A DNA stretch of 64,000 nucleotides, from positions 192,001 to 256,000 of the forward strand of contig CAWHFW010000005.1 of assembly GCA_963828735.1 (NCBI GenBank), read 5' to 3'. Within the stretch, counting starts at the first letter, position 1, and the number at the start of each line of letters is the position of its first letter. Shown piece after piece: positions 27,879 to 39,711 of the stretch. The notes under the pieces were generated by a model. That model searched no databases. It had not been told where the DNA came from and worked only from the letters and a program-made list of their open reading frames with translations. The stretch is from an uncultured Gemmatimonadales bacterium (GTDB lineage Bacteria > Gemmatimonadota > Gemmatimonadetes > Gemmatimonadales > GWC2-71-9). The position numbers and the translations under genes were made by a program.

Positions 27879-29951
27879 TTACCAGACTCGCACCCGAGCC
27901 GCCGGCGCGAGATACAGCTGGTCCCCCGGCCGCACATCGAAGGCATCGTACCAGGCATCGAGGTTTCGCACGGTGGCGATGCGGTACAGCTCCGGCGCGT
28001 GGTCGTTGCTGACGAGCTGGGTGCGGAGCGCGCTCTCGCTGATCCTGCTCCGCCAGCTCCTGGCGAAGCCTAGGAAGAACTCCCGGTCTTGCCGCCGCAC
28101 GTAGGCGGTGTCGCTGGCCCGGGCGCCAAGGGTGTGGCGGTAGGCGTCAAAGGCAGCGGAGAGGCCCCCGAGGTCGGCGACGTTCTCCGGCAGAGTGAGC
28201 TTCCCGTTGACGCCCAAATCCGGGAACGGGTGATACCCCGAAAACTGCCGGGCCAACCCGTCCGCCGCCCCCTGAAACTCCGCGCTGTCCTCCGGCGTCC
28301 ACCAGCGCCTCACTCGGCCGTCGGCCTCGTACTCCGCCCCTAGCGGGTCGATGAAATGGCTCGCCTCGTGGCCTATGATGGCGCCGATCGCCCCGTAATT
28401 CGCGGCGTCCGACGCCGCAGGATCATACTTGGGGGCCTGCAGCAGCGCCGCGGCAAAGGTGAGCGCATTCTGCTGGAAGACGAGCACTGCGCCGACCGTC
28501 TGCGGCGCGATCCACCACTCCGTCATGTCCACCGGCTGCCCCAGCCGGGCCAGCGCATGGCGGTAATTCCGGTCCGCCACCCGCCGGAGATTCCCCACCG
28601 CGTCCATCGGGTCCACTGTCAGGTCGGAGTAGTCCTCCCACCGCTCCGGGTAGCCAATGCCGACGTAGAGTGTGCTGAGCTTGGCCAGCGCCACTCGCTT
28701 GGTGTCCGCCGACATCCACGTCACCGTCTCGACACGGTGACGCAGCGCCTCGATGACATTGGCCCCGATCGCCTGCACCCGGGCCTTCTGCTCGGCCGGG
28801 AAATAGCGCTCGGCGTACATCTGTCCGAGGGCCCCGCTCATCGCCACCACCGTCGCCGCCAGCGCCCGCTGGGACGCGGTCGAGTCAGGGAGGCCGGCCA
28901 CGGCGGCGCCATGCAGCGCCCGAGCCTCCTCGGCATAGCCGCGCGGCAGCACCTCGGCGTACTCGTCCAACAAGTGGAAACGCAAGTAGTCCTTCCACGC
29001 CTCGAGCGGCGCCGACCCGACCTCGGCCGCCAGCCCCGTCGCCGCGGACGGCTGCCACACCACGAACGACTCCTGCCTGGCCAGCCCCGCCTCCTTGAAG
29101 AACGCCGACCAGTCCATCCCCGGCGCCCGCCGCGCGAAATCGCCTCGCGTCCACGTGCTGTCGGCGTTCTGGTCGTGGGCCGATACCTCCTTCGTGGCCT
29201 GCGATCGGGCGAGGGCCGTTTCGAGCGTCATCACCGCCGCCGCCCGCCCCTCGGCCCGATCGAGCCCCGCCAGGGCGAGGAACCGGCCGATGTACCTCTG
29301 GTACCTTGCCCGGAGCGCCTGCATGCCGGGCTCGGTGCTGACGTACGGCTCGCGGTCCGGCAGGCCCAGGCCCCCCTGCAGCAGAAAAGCGACGTAGGTC
29401 TTTTCGCCATGGAGCGAGGGCTCCACCGACAGCCCCAGCAGGCGCGAGGATCGATAGACCGCCCAGTTGAGCGGGTCGACATCGGCTGCGAGCGCCCGGC
29501 CCAGGAGCTTGGTCAGCGACGCCTTGTCGCGCACCCGGTCGATGCTGTCGAAGATCGGCTTGAGTGGCGCGATCCCTTGCCTCTCGATCGCGGCCTCATT
29601 CAGATAGGCCGCCCGGACGTCGGCGACCTTCCTGGCGAGGGATCCTGCTGGCGCCACACCGGCGTCGTCGAGCAGGTGCGCGATCTGCTGGCGGGTCACC
29701 TCCCCGATTTCGGTCCGCGCGTTCCACCGCTCCTTGCCCGCTGGAATCACCGTAGCCTTGAGCCAGGCGCCGTTCGCGTAGGAGAAGAAGTCGTCCCCCG
29801 GCGTGATGCTCGGGTCCGCCCCGTGCTCGAGCGCCGTCTGGTCGCCACGGGACTGCGCCCGGAGCGCCGATCCCGGCCACCCCACGAGCGCCAGGCCGAG
29901 GAGTACCGCTGCCCACGCGACCGTCCGGATGGCATCGTCCGGCACTCTCAT
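27879..29951 (-). CDS. M13 family (neprilysin/PepO-like) zinc metallopeptidase
   Basis: PGDDFFSYANG.W, NYGAIGAIIGHEASH, ENVADLGG, FFLGFA, VRNLDAWY, RVRVW. Confidence 0.93.
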   Translation of the reverse strand: MRVPDDAIRTVAWAAVLLGLALVGWPGSALRAQSRGDQTALEHGADPSITPGDDFFSYANGAWLKATVIPAGKERWNARTEIGEVTRQQIAHLLDDAGVAPAGSLARKVADVRAAYLNEAAIERQGIAPLKPIFDSIDRVRDKASLTKLLGRALAADVDPLNWAVYRSSRLLGLSVEPSLHGEKTYVAFLLQGGLGLPDREPYVSTEPGMQALRARYQRYIGRFLALAGLDRAEGRAAAVMTLETALARSQATKEVSAHDQNADSTWTRGDFARRAPGMDWSAFFKEAGLARQESFVVWQPSAATGLAAEVGSAPLEAWKDYLRFHLLDEYAEVLPRGYAEEARALHGAAVAGLPDSTASQRALAATVVAMSGALGQMYAERYFPAEQKARVQAIGANVIEALRHRVETVTWMSADTKRVALAKLSTLYVGIGYPERWEDYSDLTVDPMDAVGNLRRVADRNYRHALARLGQPVDMTEWWIAPQTVGAVLVFQQNALTFAAALLQAPKYDPAASDAANYGAIGAIIGHEASHFIDPLGAEYEADGRVRRWWTPEDSAEFQGAADGLARQFSGYHPFPDLGVNGKLTLPENVADLGGLSAAFDAYRHTLGARASDTAYVRRQDREFFLGFARSWRSRISESALRTQLVSNDHAPELYRIATVRNLDAWYDAFDVRPGDQLYLAPAARVRVW

Positions 29952-30183
29952 TGGGGTGCTGCCGCGGCGCGAGTCTCGAGCATGGGCGGGGCCTCTCGAA
30001 CGAACGGTGGTGATCGTAGATCGGAACCGCGCATCCGCGGGTGGTCACAAAGCTATGAGACGGGCCTCTCGCCGTCGCCGCCCAAGGCCGACAGGTTTGG
30101 TGCATTTTCGGACATCTACCCTTCCCCTCATTCCGCCGATCCCCTCTATGCTGTATCCTTGGACCTCATCCTCATGTCCTGAA

Positions 30184-31245
30184 ATGATCGCACGCGCGCA
30201 GATGATCGATTTGCTGTTCGTCATCGCCCCCCACTCGCTGCTGCTCGACATCGCGGGGCCGGCGGAGGCATTTCGCCTCGCCAACCTGCATCGCCGGGGC
30301 CAGGGACTGCCGCCCCGTTTCCGCCTCGGCTACGCCGGCCCGACGGCAACGGTGCCGACCTCTGTCGGGCTCGGGTTGGTCGACCTCGATCCGCTCCCCG
30401 ACCGCCTGCGAGTCCCGACGTGGGTGGTGCTGGTCGGTCAGCCAACCGCGCAACTCGCGCATGTCACCCCGGCGATCGCCGCCACCGCGAAGTGGCTCAC
30501 CGATCGGCTCGGCCGAGCGCTCCTCGCTGAGGATACGCCGCACCGCCTGCTCGCGATCTGCTCCGGCGCGCTCCTCGCCGCGCGGGCTGGCCTCCTCGGC
30601 CATCGCCGGTGCACGACGCACCACGAATTGCTGTCCGCGCTCCGGGCCCTGGCGCCCGAGGCCGAGGTGATCGACAACCGCGTCTACGTGGTGGATGGTC
30701 CGGTTGCGACCAGCGCCGGCATCACCGCCGGGATCGATCTGGCGTTGCATCTGATTGCAGAGGAGTGCGGAGAGGCGCTCGCGGGGAGTGTCGCGGAGGA
30801 CATGGTCGTCTATCTCAGGCGCTCGCCCCGCGACCCGGAGCTCTCCCCCTACCTGCAGCATCGGCGCCATCTGCACCCCGCCGTGCACCGGGTGCAGGAC
30901 GCGATCATCACGCGGCCCGACCGGGAATGGGACATGGCCGCGCTGGCGGCGGTGGGGCATGCCACGGACCGCCACCTGCTCAGGCTCTTCATCGACCACG
31001 CCGGCGTGTCGCCGCTCCAGTACCTGCGCTCCATCCGACTCGAGCGCGCCCGACAGTCGCTGGAAAACGGCGCGACGGTCACCGGCGCGGCCGAGGTAGC
31101 GGGCTTCCGCTCGGCGCTGCAGCTCCGCCGTGCCTGGAGGAACCAGTGGGGTGGATCGCCGCGCGACGTGGCGCGCGCGGTGGATCATCGGCGTGCTCCT
31201 CACGGTGCCCCAGCGGTCTATGCTGCACCCCACCGGCGCGGGTGA
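30184..31245 (+). CDS. GlxA-family regulator (DJ-1/PfpI + AraC HTH)
   Basis: LLDIAGPAEAF, ICSGALL, TTHH, TSAGITAGIDLAL, RLERARQSLE...AEVAGFRS. Start at 30184 or 30202. Confidence 0.9.
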   Translation: MIARAQMIDLLFVIAPHSLLLDIAGPAEAFRLANLHRRGQGLPPRFRLGYAGPTATVPTSVGLGLVDLDPLPDRLRVPTWVVLVGQPTAQLAHVTPAIAATAKWLTDRLGRALLAEDTPHRLLAICSGALLAARAGLLGHRRCTTHHELLSALRALAPEAEVIDNRVYVVDGPVATSAGITAGIDLALHLIAEECGEALAGSVAEDMVVYLRRSPRDPELSPYLQHRRHLHPAVHRVQDAIITRPDREWDMAALAAVGHATDRHLLRLFIDHAGVSPLQYLRSIRLERARQSLENGATVTGAAEVAGFRSALQLRRAWRNQWGGSPRDVARAVDHRRAPHGAPAVYAAPHRRG

Positions 31246-31433
31246 GTCCGCGCGAGCTCAAGTGGCAGACGCTCGAGACCGTCGACTCGGTGGATTTCTT
31301 TCCCGACCGCCGTTCGTTCTTCGTCTGCGAGACTGAGCACGGCAAGGCCAGCTGCTACCGAAGTCCCATGGACAAGCTCGTGCTCGAGCCGGTCACTCCA
31401 GACAGCGTGGGAGGCGGACGGCAGTGCCGGTAG
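31242..31433 (+). CDS. 63-aa ORF or gene remnant
   Basis: GTGA overlap with the upstream stop; MSPRELKWQTLETVDSVDFFPDRRSFFVCETEHGK... has protein-like composition. Confidence 0.35.
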   Translation: MSPRELKWQTLETVDSVDFFPDRRSFFVCETEHGKASCYRSPMDKLVLEPVTPDSVGGGRQCR

Positions 31434-31543
31434 CACCGCGGCCGAAAGGGGCGCCGGCGTGCGCGAGCCTGTCGGTTCCGAGATTGTCCGAAGATTCCTG
31501 CCCTGATCCCGCGGCCTCAGGTCGCCTCCAACCCCGGACTCCC

Positions 31544-34009
31544 ATGCGCCATCTCCAGCGCTGCACGCTTGTCGTATTGGTGGGCGCCGCTTCTACCGCT
31601 GCCGCCCAACAGCCGACGCTGACCAGTGGCGCCGACACCGTACCGACCATCGCCGAGCGCACGAGAGGTGTCGATCGGCTCGACGGGTTCGTGCCCGCGT
31701 ATGTTGAGCGCGGCAGCGGCGCCCTGTGGCTCGAGCTCCCGAAGGGCGGGACTCGGCTGCTACAATGCGTCTCGCTCGCGACCGGCCTCGGCTCCAATCC
31801 CATCGGGCTCGACCGCGGTGCCGACCGAGGCTGCAGCGTGGCCCGGCTGGAGCCGGTAGGGAGACGTCAGCTCATAGTGCTGGAGAACTGGAACTATCGA
31901 AGCACGTTCACCGAGAACCCGGCACATGCGCGATCCGTGGCCGAGTCGTTCGCGCCCAGCACGGTGGCGGCACTGCCAGTGATTGCGGCCGAGGGCGATC
32001 GCGTCCTGGTCGACGCCACCGATTATGTGCTCCACGACTGGTGGGATGTGACCGGAGCGCTCGCCGACGCCAAGGAGAATCCCTACGCGTTGGTGAAGGA
32101 CCGGTCTTGGATCTATGCACCAGCCGTCCGAGGCTTTCCCAAGAACACCGAGCTGGAGGCGGCCCTTACGTTCGAAGCGCGCGAGCGGCCGGGCCGGATC
32201 GTTGCCCAGATCGTGCCGGACGGACGGGCGTTCACCGTACGGCAACACCTCACGCTGGCCGAGCTCCCCGACAACGGCTACCGCCCACGGGCTCTCGATC
32301 CGCGAATGAGCTTCTTTGGCATCACCTTCAAGGATTATGCGCAGCCGATTCAGCAACCGCTCACGCGCCGCTGGATCAACCGCTTCCGCCTGGAGCGCAC
32401 CAATCCAGCCGATCCCAAGAGCCCCATCAAGAACCCCATCATCTACTACGTCGATCGCGGCATCCCCGAGCCCATCCGGACCGCGACGCTCGAGGGCGCG
32501 CGCTTCTGGACGCAGGCGTTCGACCGGGCCGGCCTCGTTGGCGGGTTCAAGGTGGAGCTCTTGCCGGAGCGCGCGGATCCGCTGGACCTGCGCTACAACA
32601 TGATCCAGTGGGAGAACCGGAACGAGATCGGCTGGAGTCTCGGCGGCGGACTGTTTGATCCACGGACCGGCGAGATGCTGAAGGGGATGGCGCGGATGGA
32701 CTCGCATCGTGCACGCACGGCCTATTCGATCGTAGCCGCGCTCGGCGGCGCCGCCACTGCAGCCGACACCCACTACGTCCTCGGACGTGTGCGGCAGGTG
32801 ACGGCGCACGAAGTGGGGCACACACTAGGCATGGCGCACAACTACATCGCGTCGACCTATGGACGCGCGTCCGTGATGGACTATCCTGCGCCGCTGCTCA
32901 CCGTCGATGCGTCGGGCAACGTCGACTTCCACGACGCGTACGCTCTTGGGCCCGGCGAGTTCGACGTGCTCGCGATCCGGTGGGGCTACGGGATCTTCCC
33001 ACCCGAGCACGAAGCCGATTCCCTCCAGGCGATCATCGCCGAGGGCATCAAGCGTGGGCTCGCCTTCCTGAGCGACGCCGACGCGCGACCTGACTACGCC
33101 AGCGATCCGAGAGTGAATCTCTGGGATGACGCGAGCTCGCCCGAGGCATTCCTCGCGCGCCAGCTCGCCGTGCGTCGCGCGGCCATGCGGCGGTTCGGCC
33201 TCCGAAATATCGGCGTGGGTGAGCCGGTGGCGACGCTGCAGGAGCGTTTCGCGCGTCTGTACTTCTTCCACCGATTCGCAGCCGTTGCGACAGCCAAGGT
33301 GGTCGGCGGAGTCGAATACCACCACGCCGTCGCGGGTGACGGCCAGCAGGCCACCCGTCCCGTTCCTGGCGCCCGCCAGCGAACCGCCCTCGCGCAGCTC
33401 CTGAGCACGCTCGCCCCCTCGGAGCTAGCAATTCCGGACACGGTGGTCACGCTGCTCGGACCCCGGCCATTCGGGTACGACCCGAATGCCGAAATGTTCG
33501 GGTCACGCACGCAGCCCACCTTCGACGAGTTCGGCGCGGCCGGCTCGCTGGCCACCCTCGTGCTGGGGCCGCTGCTCCAGCGCGACCGCTTGGCACGCCT
33601 GGTCCAGCAGTCAGCGCACGACCACGGTGCGCTGTCCTTGGGCGAGCTCCTCGGCACAGTAAAGCGATCCGTGTGGGATGCCCCGGCCGAGCGGAGTCCG
33701 CGGAATGCTGCGCTCCGCCGCGCGGTGCAGCGGGTGTACACCGACCGACTGCTCAGCCTCGCGGCCGACACCGCGGCCGCGGCAGATGTACGCGCCGCCG
33801 CGCAGCTCACCTTGGCTACGCTCAGGCGCGAGGCCGTGGCGCGCGGCGCGGCGGCTGGGACCACGCTCGATGCACGCGCGCACTGGCACGCGCTCGCGGC
33901 CGACATCGCTGGTTGGGAGCGGGAGCGCCGCCTACCCACCGCGCAACCGCTGCCGCCGCCGCCCGGCGATCCGTTCGGGGAGGACGAGGAGTCTTGGCAT
34001 GGGAACTAG
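31544..34009 (+). CDS. Exported zinc-dependent metalloprotease (metzincin; DUF5117/DUF4953-like)
   Basis: Signal peptide, PIIYYVD, W..AF, DPRTGE, HEVGHTLGMAHN and SVMDY Met-turn. Confidence 0.9.
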   Translation: MRHLQRCTLVVLVGAASTAAAQQPTLTSGADTVPTIAERTRGVDRLDGFVPAYVERGSGALWLELPKGGTRLLQCVSLATGLGSNPIGLDRGADRGCSVARLEPVGRRQLIVLENWNYRSTFTENPAHARSVAESFAPSTVAALPVIAAEGDRVLVDATDYVLHDWWDVTGALADAKENPYALVKDRSWIYAPAVRGFPKNTELEAALTFEARERPGRIVAQIVPDGRAFTVRQHLTLAELPDNGYRPRALDPRMSFFGITFKDYAQPIQQPLTRRWINRFRLERTNPADPKSPIKNPIIYYVDRGIPEPIRTATLEGARFWTQAFDRAGLVGGFKVELLPERADPLDLRYNMIQWENRNEIGWSLGGGLFDPRTGEMLKGMARMDSHRARTAYSIVAALGGAATAADTHYVLGRVRQVTAHEVGHTLGMAHNYIASTYGRASVMDYPAPLLTVDASGNVDFHDAYALGPGEFDVLAIRWGYGIFPPEHEADSLQAIIAEGIKRGLAFLSDADARPDYASDPRVNLWDDASSPEAFLARQLAVRRAAMRRFGLRNIGVGEPVATLQERFARLYFFHRFAAVATAKVVGGVEYHHAVAGDGQQATRPVPGARQRTALAQLLSTLAPSELAIPDTVVTLLGPRPFGYDPNAEMFGSRTQPTFDEFGAAGSLATLVLGPLLQRDRLARLVQQSAHDHGALSLGELLGTVKRSVWDAPAERSPRNAALRRAVQRVYTDRLLSLAADTAAAADVRAAAQLTLATLRREAVARGAAAGTTLDARAHWHALAADIAGWERERRLPTAQPLPPPPGDPFGEDEESWHGN

Positions 34010-34433
34010 CTAGGGCTGGGCATCAGCCGATGTGATGCCTCCCCACGGTCACGAATCGTGGTTACAGAATCAGAGAGCGCGGTGGTTGTGCTCGTGTGGT
34101 TGGACGCGCGAAGCCTTGATAGGTCAACACCAGCGGGTACGCGCCGGGGCGTTGGCAAGGCCTCCGGAGCAAGGAGTCGAACGTTCGAATGAGATGGCGG
34201 ACTGAGGTACGAGATTTTGTGCCGCGCATCTCTCGACGGGTATCATCCCAATGGCGATAGGGCGGTGGTGGGCAGGCAGGATGCCGGGGGTGCACCGGAC
34301 GGTGGGCGAGGCACTTCGGAAAGGCCCCACGGCCGACGGGACGGACCTTTCCAGTTAAGGCGAGAGCAGAAGAACCCCAAGCGACCCCGGTTCGCCACCA
34401 TTATTGGCACCGTTGCAGTGGGCGCCGCTGACG

Positions 34434-34468
34434 CAAAACGCCCCGCCAGCCTCTAACGGCTAACGGGG
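34434..34468 (-). terminator. Rho-independent terminator downstream of tRNA-Ala
   Basis: Minus strand CCCCGTTAGCC-gttaga-GGCTGGCGGGG (11-bp stem with two G-U pairs) followed by CGTTTTG. Confidence 0.65.
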
Positions 34469-34483
34469 TATAACTCTACGAAG

Positions 34484-34556
34484 TGGAGCGTACCGGGATC
34501 GAACCGGTGACCCCCTGCTTGCAAAGCAGGTGCTCTCCCAGCTGAGCTAACGCCCC
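34484..34556 (-). tRNA. tRNA-Ala (TGC)
   Basis: GGGGCGTTAGCTCAGCTGGGAGAGCACCTGCTTTGCAAGCAGGGGGTCACCGGTTCGATCCCGGTACGCTCCA; G3:U70 identity pair, anticodon TGC, CCA tail not encoded. Confidence 0.97.
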
Positions 34557-34663
34557 GAATGTCCTACAAGATAACGATTTCCCTGCCCCAGCTGAATCGC
34601 TCTAGCAGACTCGGCAGTCAGAAACGGAGGGCGCCACCGGTTTCTCCGAAGGCCGTGAACGCT

Positions 34664-35104
34664 TCAGGAGAGTTCCTCGGCCAGCGCGACGATGATGCCC
34701 GCAGGGCCTCGCATGTAGCAGAGTCTGTACTTGTCCTCGTACTGGACCACCTCGCCGACGAGCTCGGCGCCGTTGGCGCGCAGGCGACCGACAGTGTCGT
34801 CGACGCTTTCGACTGCAAACATGACGCTCCGGAGGCCCAGCGTGTTCGGCGGTGCGATCGCCGGCTCGACCTTGACCAGTTTTGGATTGCGAAACTTCGT
34901 CAGCTCAAGCCGCCCGTGCCCATCCGGGGTCCGCATCATAACGATGTCGACTTGGACACTTTCGAGCCCGTTGACGCGGTCCACCCACGGGCCCTCGATC
35001 GGCATCTCGCCTTCGAGCGTCATGCCGAGCGCGGCGAAAAAAGCGATAGCAGCCGCAAGGTCGTCGACGACGACGCTGACGTGGTCCAATCTCTTGATCG
35101 TCAT
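34664..35104 (-). CDS. VOC / glyoxalase family protein
   Basis: RLDHVSVVVDDLAAAIAFF, RLELTKF, FAVESVD, YMRGPAGIIVALAE. Confidence 0.9.
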   Translation of the reverse strand: MTIKRLDHVSVVVDDLAAAIAFFAALGMTLEGEMPIEGPWVDRVNGLESVQVDIVMMRTPDGHGRLELTKFRNPKLVKVEPAIAPPNTLGLRSVMFAVESVDDTVGRLRANGAELVGEVVQYEDKYRLCYMRGPAGIIVALAEELS

Positions 35105-35243
35105 GTCCCTAGTATAGCGGAGGCCGTGCGCGGCGATCCAGGCCGACCGTTCTCGCGAGTTGGACGTGGTTAGCCGAGGAAACGCAGGGAGCTGAGGGCG
35201 CAGCCACGCTGCAAGACCGACCTTCAACGGGGTAGCTTCTACC

Positions 35244-35681
35244 GTGGACGAGTTCCTCCAAGCCGCCCTGGCCGAAGCCCGCCAGGGCCTGCGCGAAGGC
35301 GGCATCCCCATCGGCTCGGTCCTGGTCCGGGATGACCGCATTCTCGGTCGCGGGCACAACCGTCGCCAACAGGCCGGCAGCGTGGTGCTCCACGCCGAAA
35401 TGGATGCCCTGGAGCGGGCCGGCCGGCAGCCCGCCGCGGTGTACCGGGGCTGCACGCTCTACACCACGCTCTCGCCCTGCGCGATGTGCAGCGGGGCGAT
35501 GCTGCTCTATGGGATTCCGCGGGTCGTGGTCGGCGAGAACCGGACGTTCCGCGGCGAGGAGGAGCTGCTTCGGAGCCGGGGCGTGACGGTGGAGGTGGTC
35601 CAGGACCCCGCCTGCGAGCGGCTGCTGGCGGATTTCATCCGGGACCACGCGGACCTGTGGGACGAGGATATCGGGCGGTAG
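35244..35681 (+). CDS. Zn-dependent cytosine/nucleoside deaminase (fungal Fcy1-like)
   Basis: EGGIPIGSVL, HAE, TTLSPCAMCSGA, GENRTF, WDEDIG. Confidence 0.9.
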   Translation: MDEFLQAALAEARQGLREGGIPIGSVLVRDDRILGRGHNRRQQAGSVVLHAEMDALERAGRQPAAVYRGCTLYTTLSPCAMCSGAMLLYGIPRVVVGENRTFRGEEELLRSRGVTVEVVQDPACERLLADFIRDHADLWDEDIGR

Positions 35682-35684
35682 GCG

Positions 35685-36554
35685 CTAGAGCCTGGACAAT
35701 CCCACATAGGTCTCCGGCCGCCGGTCGCGGTAGAACTGCCAGACGTTCCGCACCTCGCGGATCTGATCGAGGTCCAGCTCCGCCGTGATCAGCTCGTCCC
35801 GGTCTCGAGACGCCTCCGCCACCAGCTGTCCCCGCGGGTTGCAGAAGTAGCTCTGCCCGTAGAACTCCCCGATCCGCCACGGATCCTCATACCCCACCCG
35901 GTTGATCGCTCCGACGAAGAAGGCGTTGGCCACCGCGTGCGCCGGCTGCTCCAGCTTCCACAGGTACTCCGACAGGCCGGCCACGGTGGCCGACGGGTTG
36001 AACACGATCTCCGCGCCGTTGAGGCCCAGCTCGCGCGCGCCTTCCGGGAAGTGGCGATCATAGCAGATGTAGACGCCGACGTCGGCGTACCGGGTCTTGA
36101 AGACCGGGTAGCCCAGGTTGCCGGGCCGGAAATAGAACTTCTCCCAGAAGCCCGGCGCGCAGTGGGGGATGTGGTTCTTGCGATACTTCCCCAGGTAGGA
36201 CCCATCGGCATCGATCACCGCCGCCGTGTTGTAGTAGATCCCCGCTCCTTCCTCCTCGTACAGCGGGACCACGATCGCCATGGAGTAGCGCCGGGCGACC
36301 TCCTGCATGAGCCGGGTCGTCGGTCCGTCCGGAATCGCCTCGACCGCATCGTACCACCTCGCGCTCTGCTCGGCGCAGAAGTAGGGGCCGGTGAAGATCT
36401 CCTGCATGCAGAGGATCTGCACGCCCTCGCGCCCCGCCCGCTCGATCAACGCCATGTGCTTGGCGATGTTGGCCTCGCGGATGGTCTCGAGCTTTTCGGA
36501 CGTGGAGCAGGCGTGGATGGCTTGGATCAGGCCGCACTTGACGACTCGGGGCAT
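35685..36554 (-). CDS. Beta-ureidopropionase (nitrilase family)
   Basis: QEIFTGPYFC, YRKNHIP, FWEKFYF.PGN, ICYDRHFPE, NPSAT; sits in the pyrimidine cluster. Confidence 0.88.
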   Translation of the reverse strand: MPRVVKCGLIQAIHACSTSEKLETIREANIAKHMALIERAGREGVQILCMQEIFTGPYFCAEQSARWYDAVEAIPDGPTTRLMQEVARRYSMAIVVPLYEEEGAGIYYNTAAVIDADGSYLGKYRKNHIPHCAPGFWEKFYFRPGNLGYPVFKTRYADVGVYICYDRHFPEGARELGLNGAEIVFNPSATVAGLSEYLWKLEQPAHAVANAFFVGAINRVGYEDPWRIGEFYGQSYFCNPRGQLVAEASRDRDELITAELDLDQIREVRNVWQFYRDRRPETYVGLSRL

Positions 36555-36586
36555 ATCGTCCTTTCCCGGGTTCGTGGAATGTGTTC

Positions 36587-36680
36587 ACCACGGAAACACG
36601 GAAGACACGGAAGGAACGCTGGAAGGTAAACAGCACACCCACATAGCTGCTTTTCCTCCGTGTCTTCCGTGTTTCCGTGG

Positions 36681-36681
<1 letters not shown>
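36587..36681. repeat. REP-like element: perfect 25-bp inverted repeat built from 9-bp units
   Basis: ACCACGGAAACACGGAAGACACGGA (36587-36611) and its exact reverse complement (36657-36681), 45-nt spacer. Confidence 0.9.
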
Positions 36682-38173
<1,492 letters not shown>

Positions 38174-38177
<4 letters not shown>

Positions 38178-39655
38178 CGCGCCACCACGGGCCGCGCGGC
38201 GCGCGAGCGTGCGGACGCGGCCGGCGTGTCGGCCGGCGGAGGCGCGGGTGCCTCGGCTCGGGAGGCCTCGAGTCCGGCAGTCGTCCGGGGGAGCCACTGC
38301 CCGCGCCCTTCGCGCCCGACCACGGCGTACTGATCCACGATCACCTCACCGCGCGAGAGCGTCGTCCTCGCAAAGCCCGCCAGCTCCCAGCCCTCGTAGG
38401 GCGACCAGTCGGCGTTGGTCTCCATCGCCGACGGGGTGACAGGACGAGTCGCGGTGGGATGGATGATCGCCAGGTCGGCGTCGGCACCCACCGCGATGGC
38501 GCCCTTCCGCGGATACAGACCCATGATCCGCGCCGGGTTGGTGCTGAGCTTCATGCTCAGCTCTTCCAGCGTGAGCCGCCCGCCGAGCACGCCGCGGGTG
38601 TAGACCAGCGGGAGCAGGGTCTCGAGACCGGGAAGGCCCATCGGGATCTTGGTCCAGTCCCCGTTCCACATCGCCTTCTGCTCGCGGGTGAAGGTGCAGG
38701 TGTCGGTCGAGACGACCGAAACCTCACCGCCGCGGAGTCCTTTCCACAGCCGCTCGACGTCCTTGGGCTTCTTGACCTGGGGGCAACAGGCGAACAGGTG
38801 TCCGTCCTCCCGCTCGAACACCGAGTCGTCCAGCACCAGGTATTGCGCGCAGGTCTCGGCCAGCACGGGGACCCCACGCGCCTGCGCCGCGCGCACGATA
38901 TCCGCGCCTTCGGCGGTGGACATGTGCACGATGTAGAGCTGGCCGCCCGTCACCTCGCACCACTGCACGGCCCGCTGGATCGCCTCCGCCTCGACGAAGT
39001 TCGGACGGGTCATCGGGTGAAGTCGCGCGCCGTAGCGGGCCATCAGCTCCGGGGTGTGGTGCCGCGCGATGAGCTCGTCGAGCACCCGCGCGGACTCGGC
39101 GTGCACCAGGAGCATGGTGCCGTGCTCCCGCATCTGCTCCAGGGTGCCGAACAGGGCGCGGTCGTCCGACTGCCACCCCTCCGACTCGTAGATCATGAAC
39201 TCCTTGAAGGTGGTGAACCCACGGTCCACCATCCCCTTGATCTGCGACTTGTGCTCGTTCCACCGGGTAATGCAGACATGAAACGTGTAGTCGATCAGCG
39301 CCTTGCCCTCCGCCTTCCGCATCCAGTTGTCGGCCGCCTGGTCGAGCGATTCACCGGCATAAGGAATGGCGAAGTCGATCACGGTCGTGACCCCGCCCCG
39401 CGCGCCGGCCCGGGTGCCGGTGCGATAGTCGTCGGCCGAGACGGTTCCGCAAAACGGGAGAGCGAGATGCACGTGGACGTCGAGCACGCCGGGCAGCACA
39501 TGATGCCCGGTCGCGTCGATGACCTGCGTGCCCGGGGCGGGCTCGAGCTCGGTGGCGAGGGCCGCGATCTTCTCACCCGCGATGCCGATGTCGCCGGTGA
39601 AGCTCCCGGCGGGAGTCACGACGTTGCCGCCCTTGATGATGCGGTCGAGTTTCAT
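38174..39655 (-). CDS. hydA: Dihydropyrimidinase
   Basis: PG.LDVHVH, GGVTTVIDF, FKEF, HAE, LYIVHMS, AETCAQYL, VSTD, NPA...G.IAVGADAD. Confidence 0.9.
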
Positions 39656-39711
39656 GGTCGTGCTGCTCCTCTTGTCGAGTCTGGACGCGATCATCCCGAA
39701 CGTAGCAAGGC

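Larger units (their letters stand above)
18346..34509. mobile_element. Putative degenerate genomic island at tRNA-Ala (no integrase visible)
   Basis: Flanked by the intact tRNA and a 3'-end duplicate on the side expected for tRNA-targeted integration; no mobility gene inside. Confidence 0.5.

Noticed and set aside
34010..34430. Integrase remnant next to tRNA-Ala
   Set aside because: The short ORFs show no tyrosine or serine recombinase motifs by eye; a translated search would be needed to exclude a decayed fragment.
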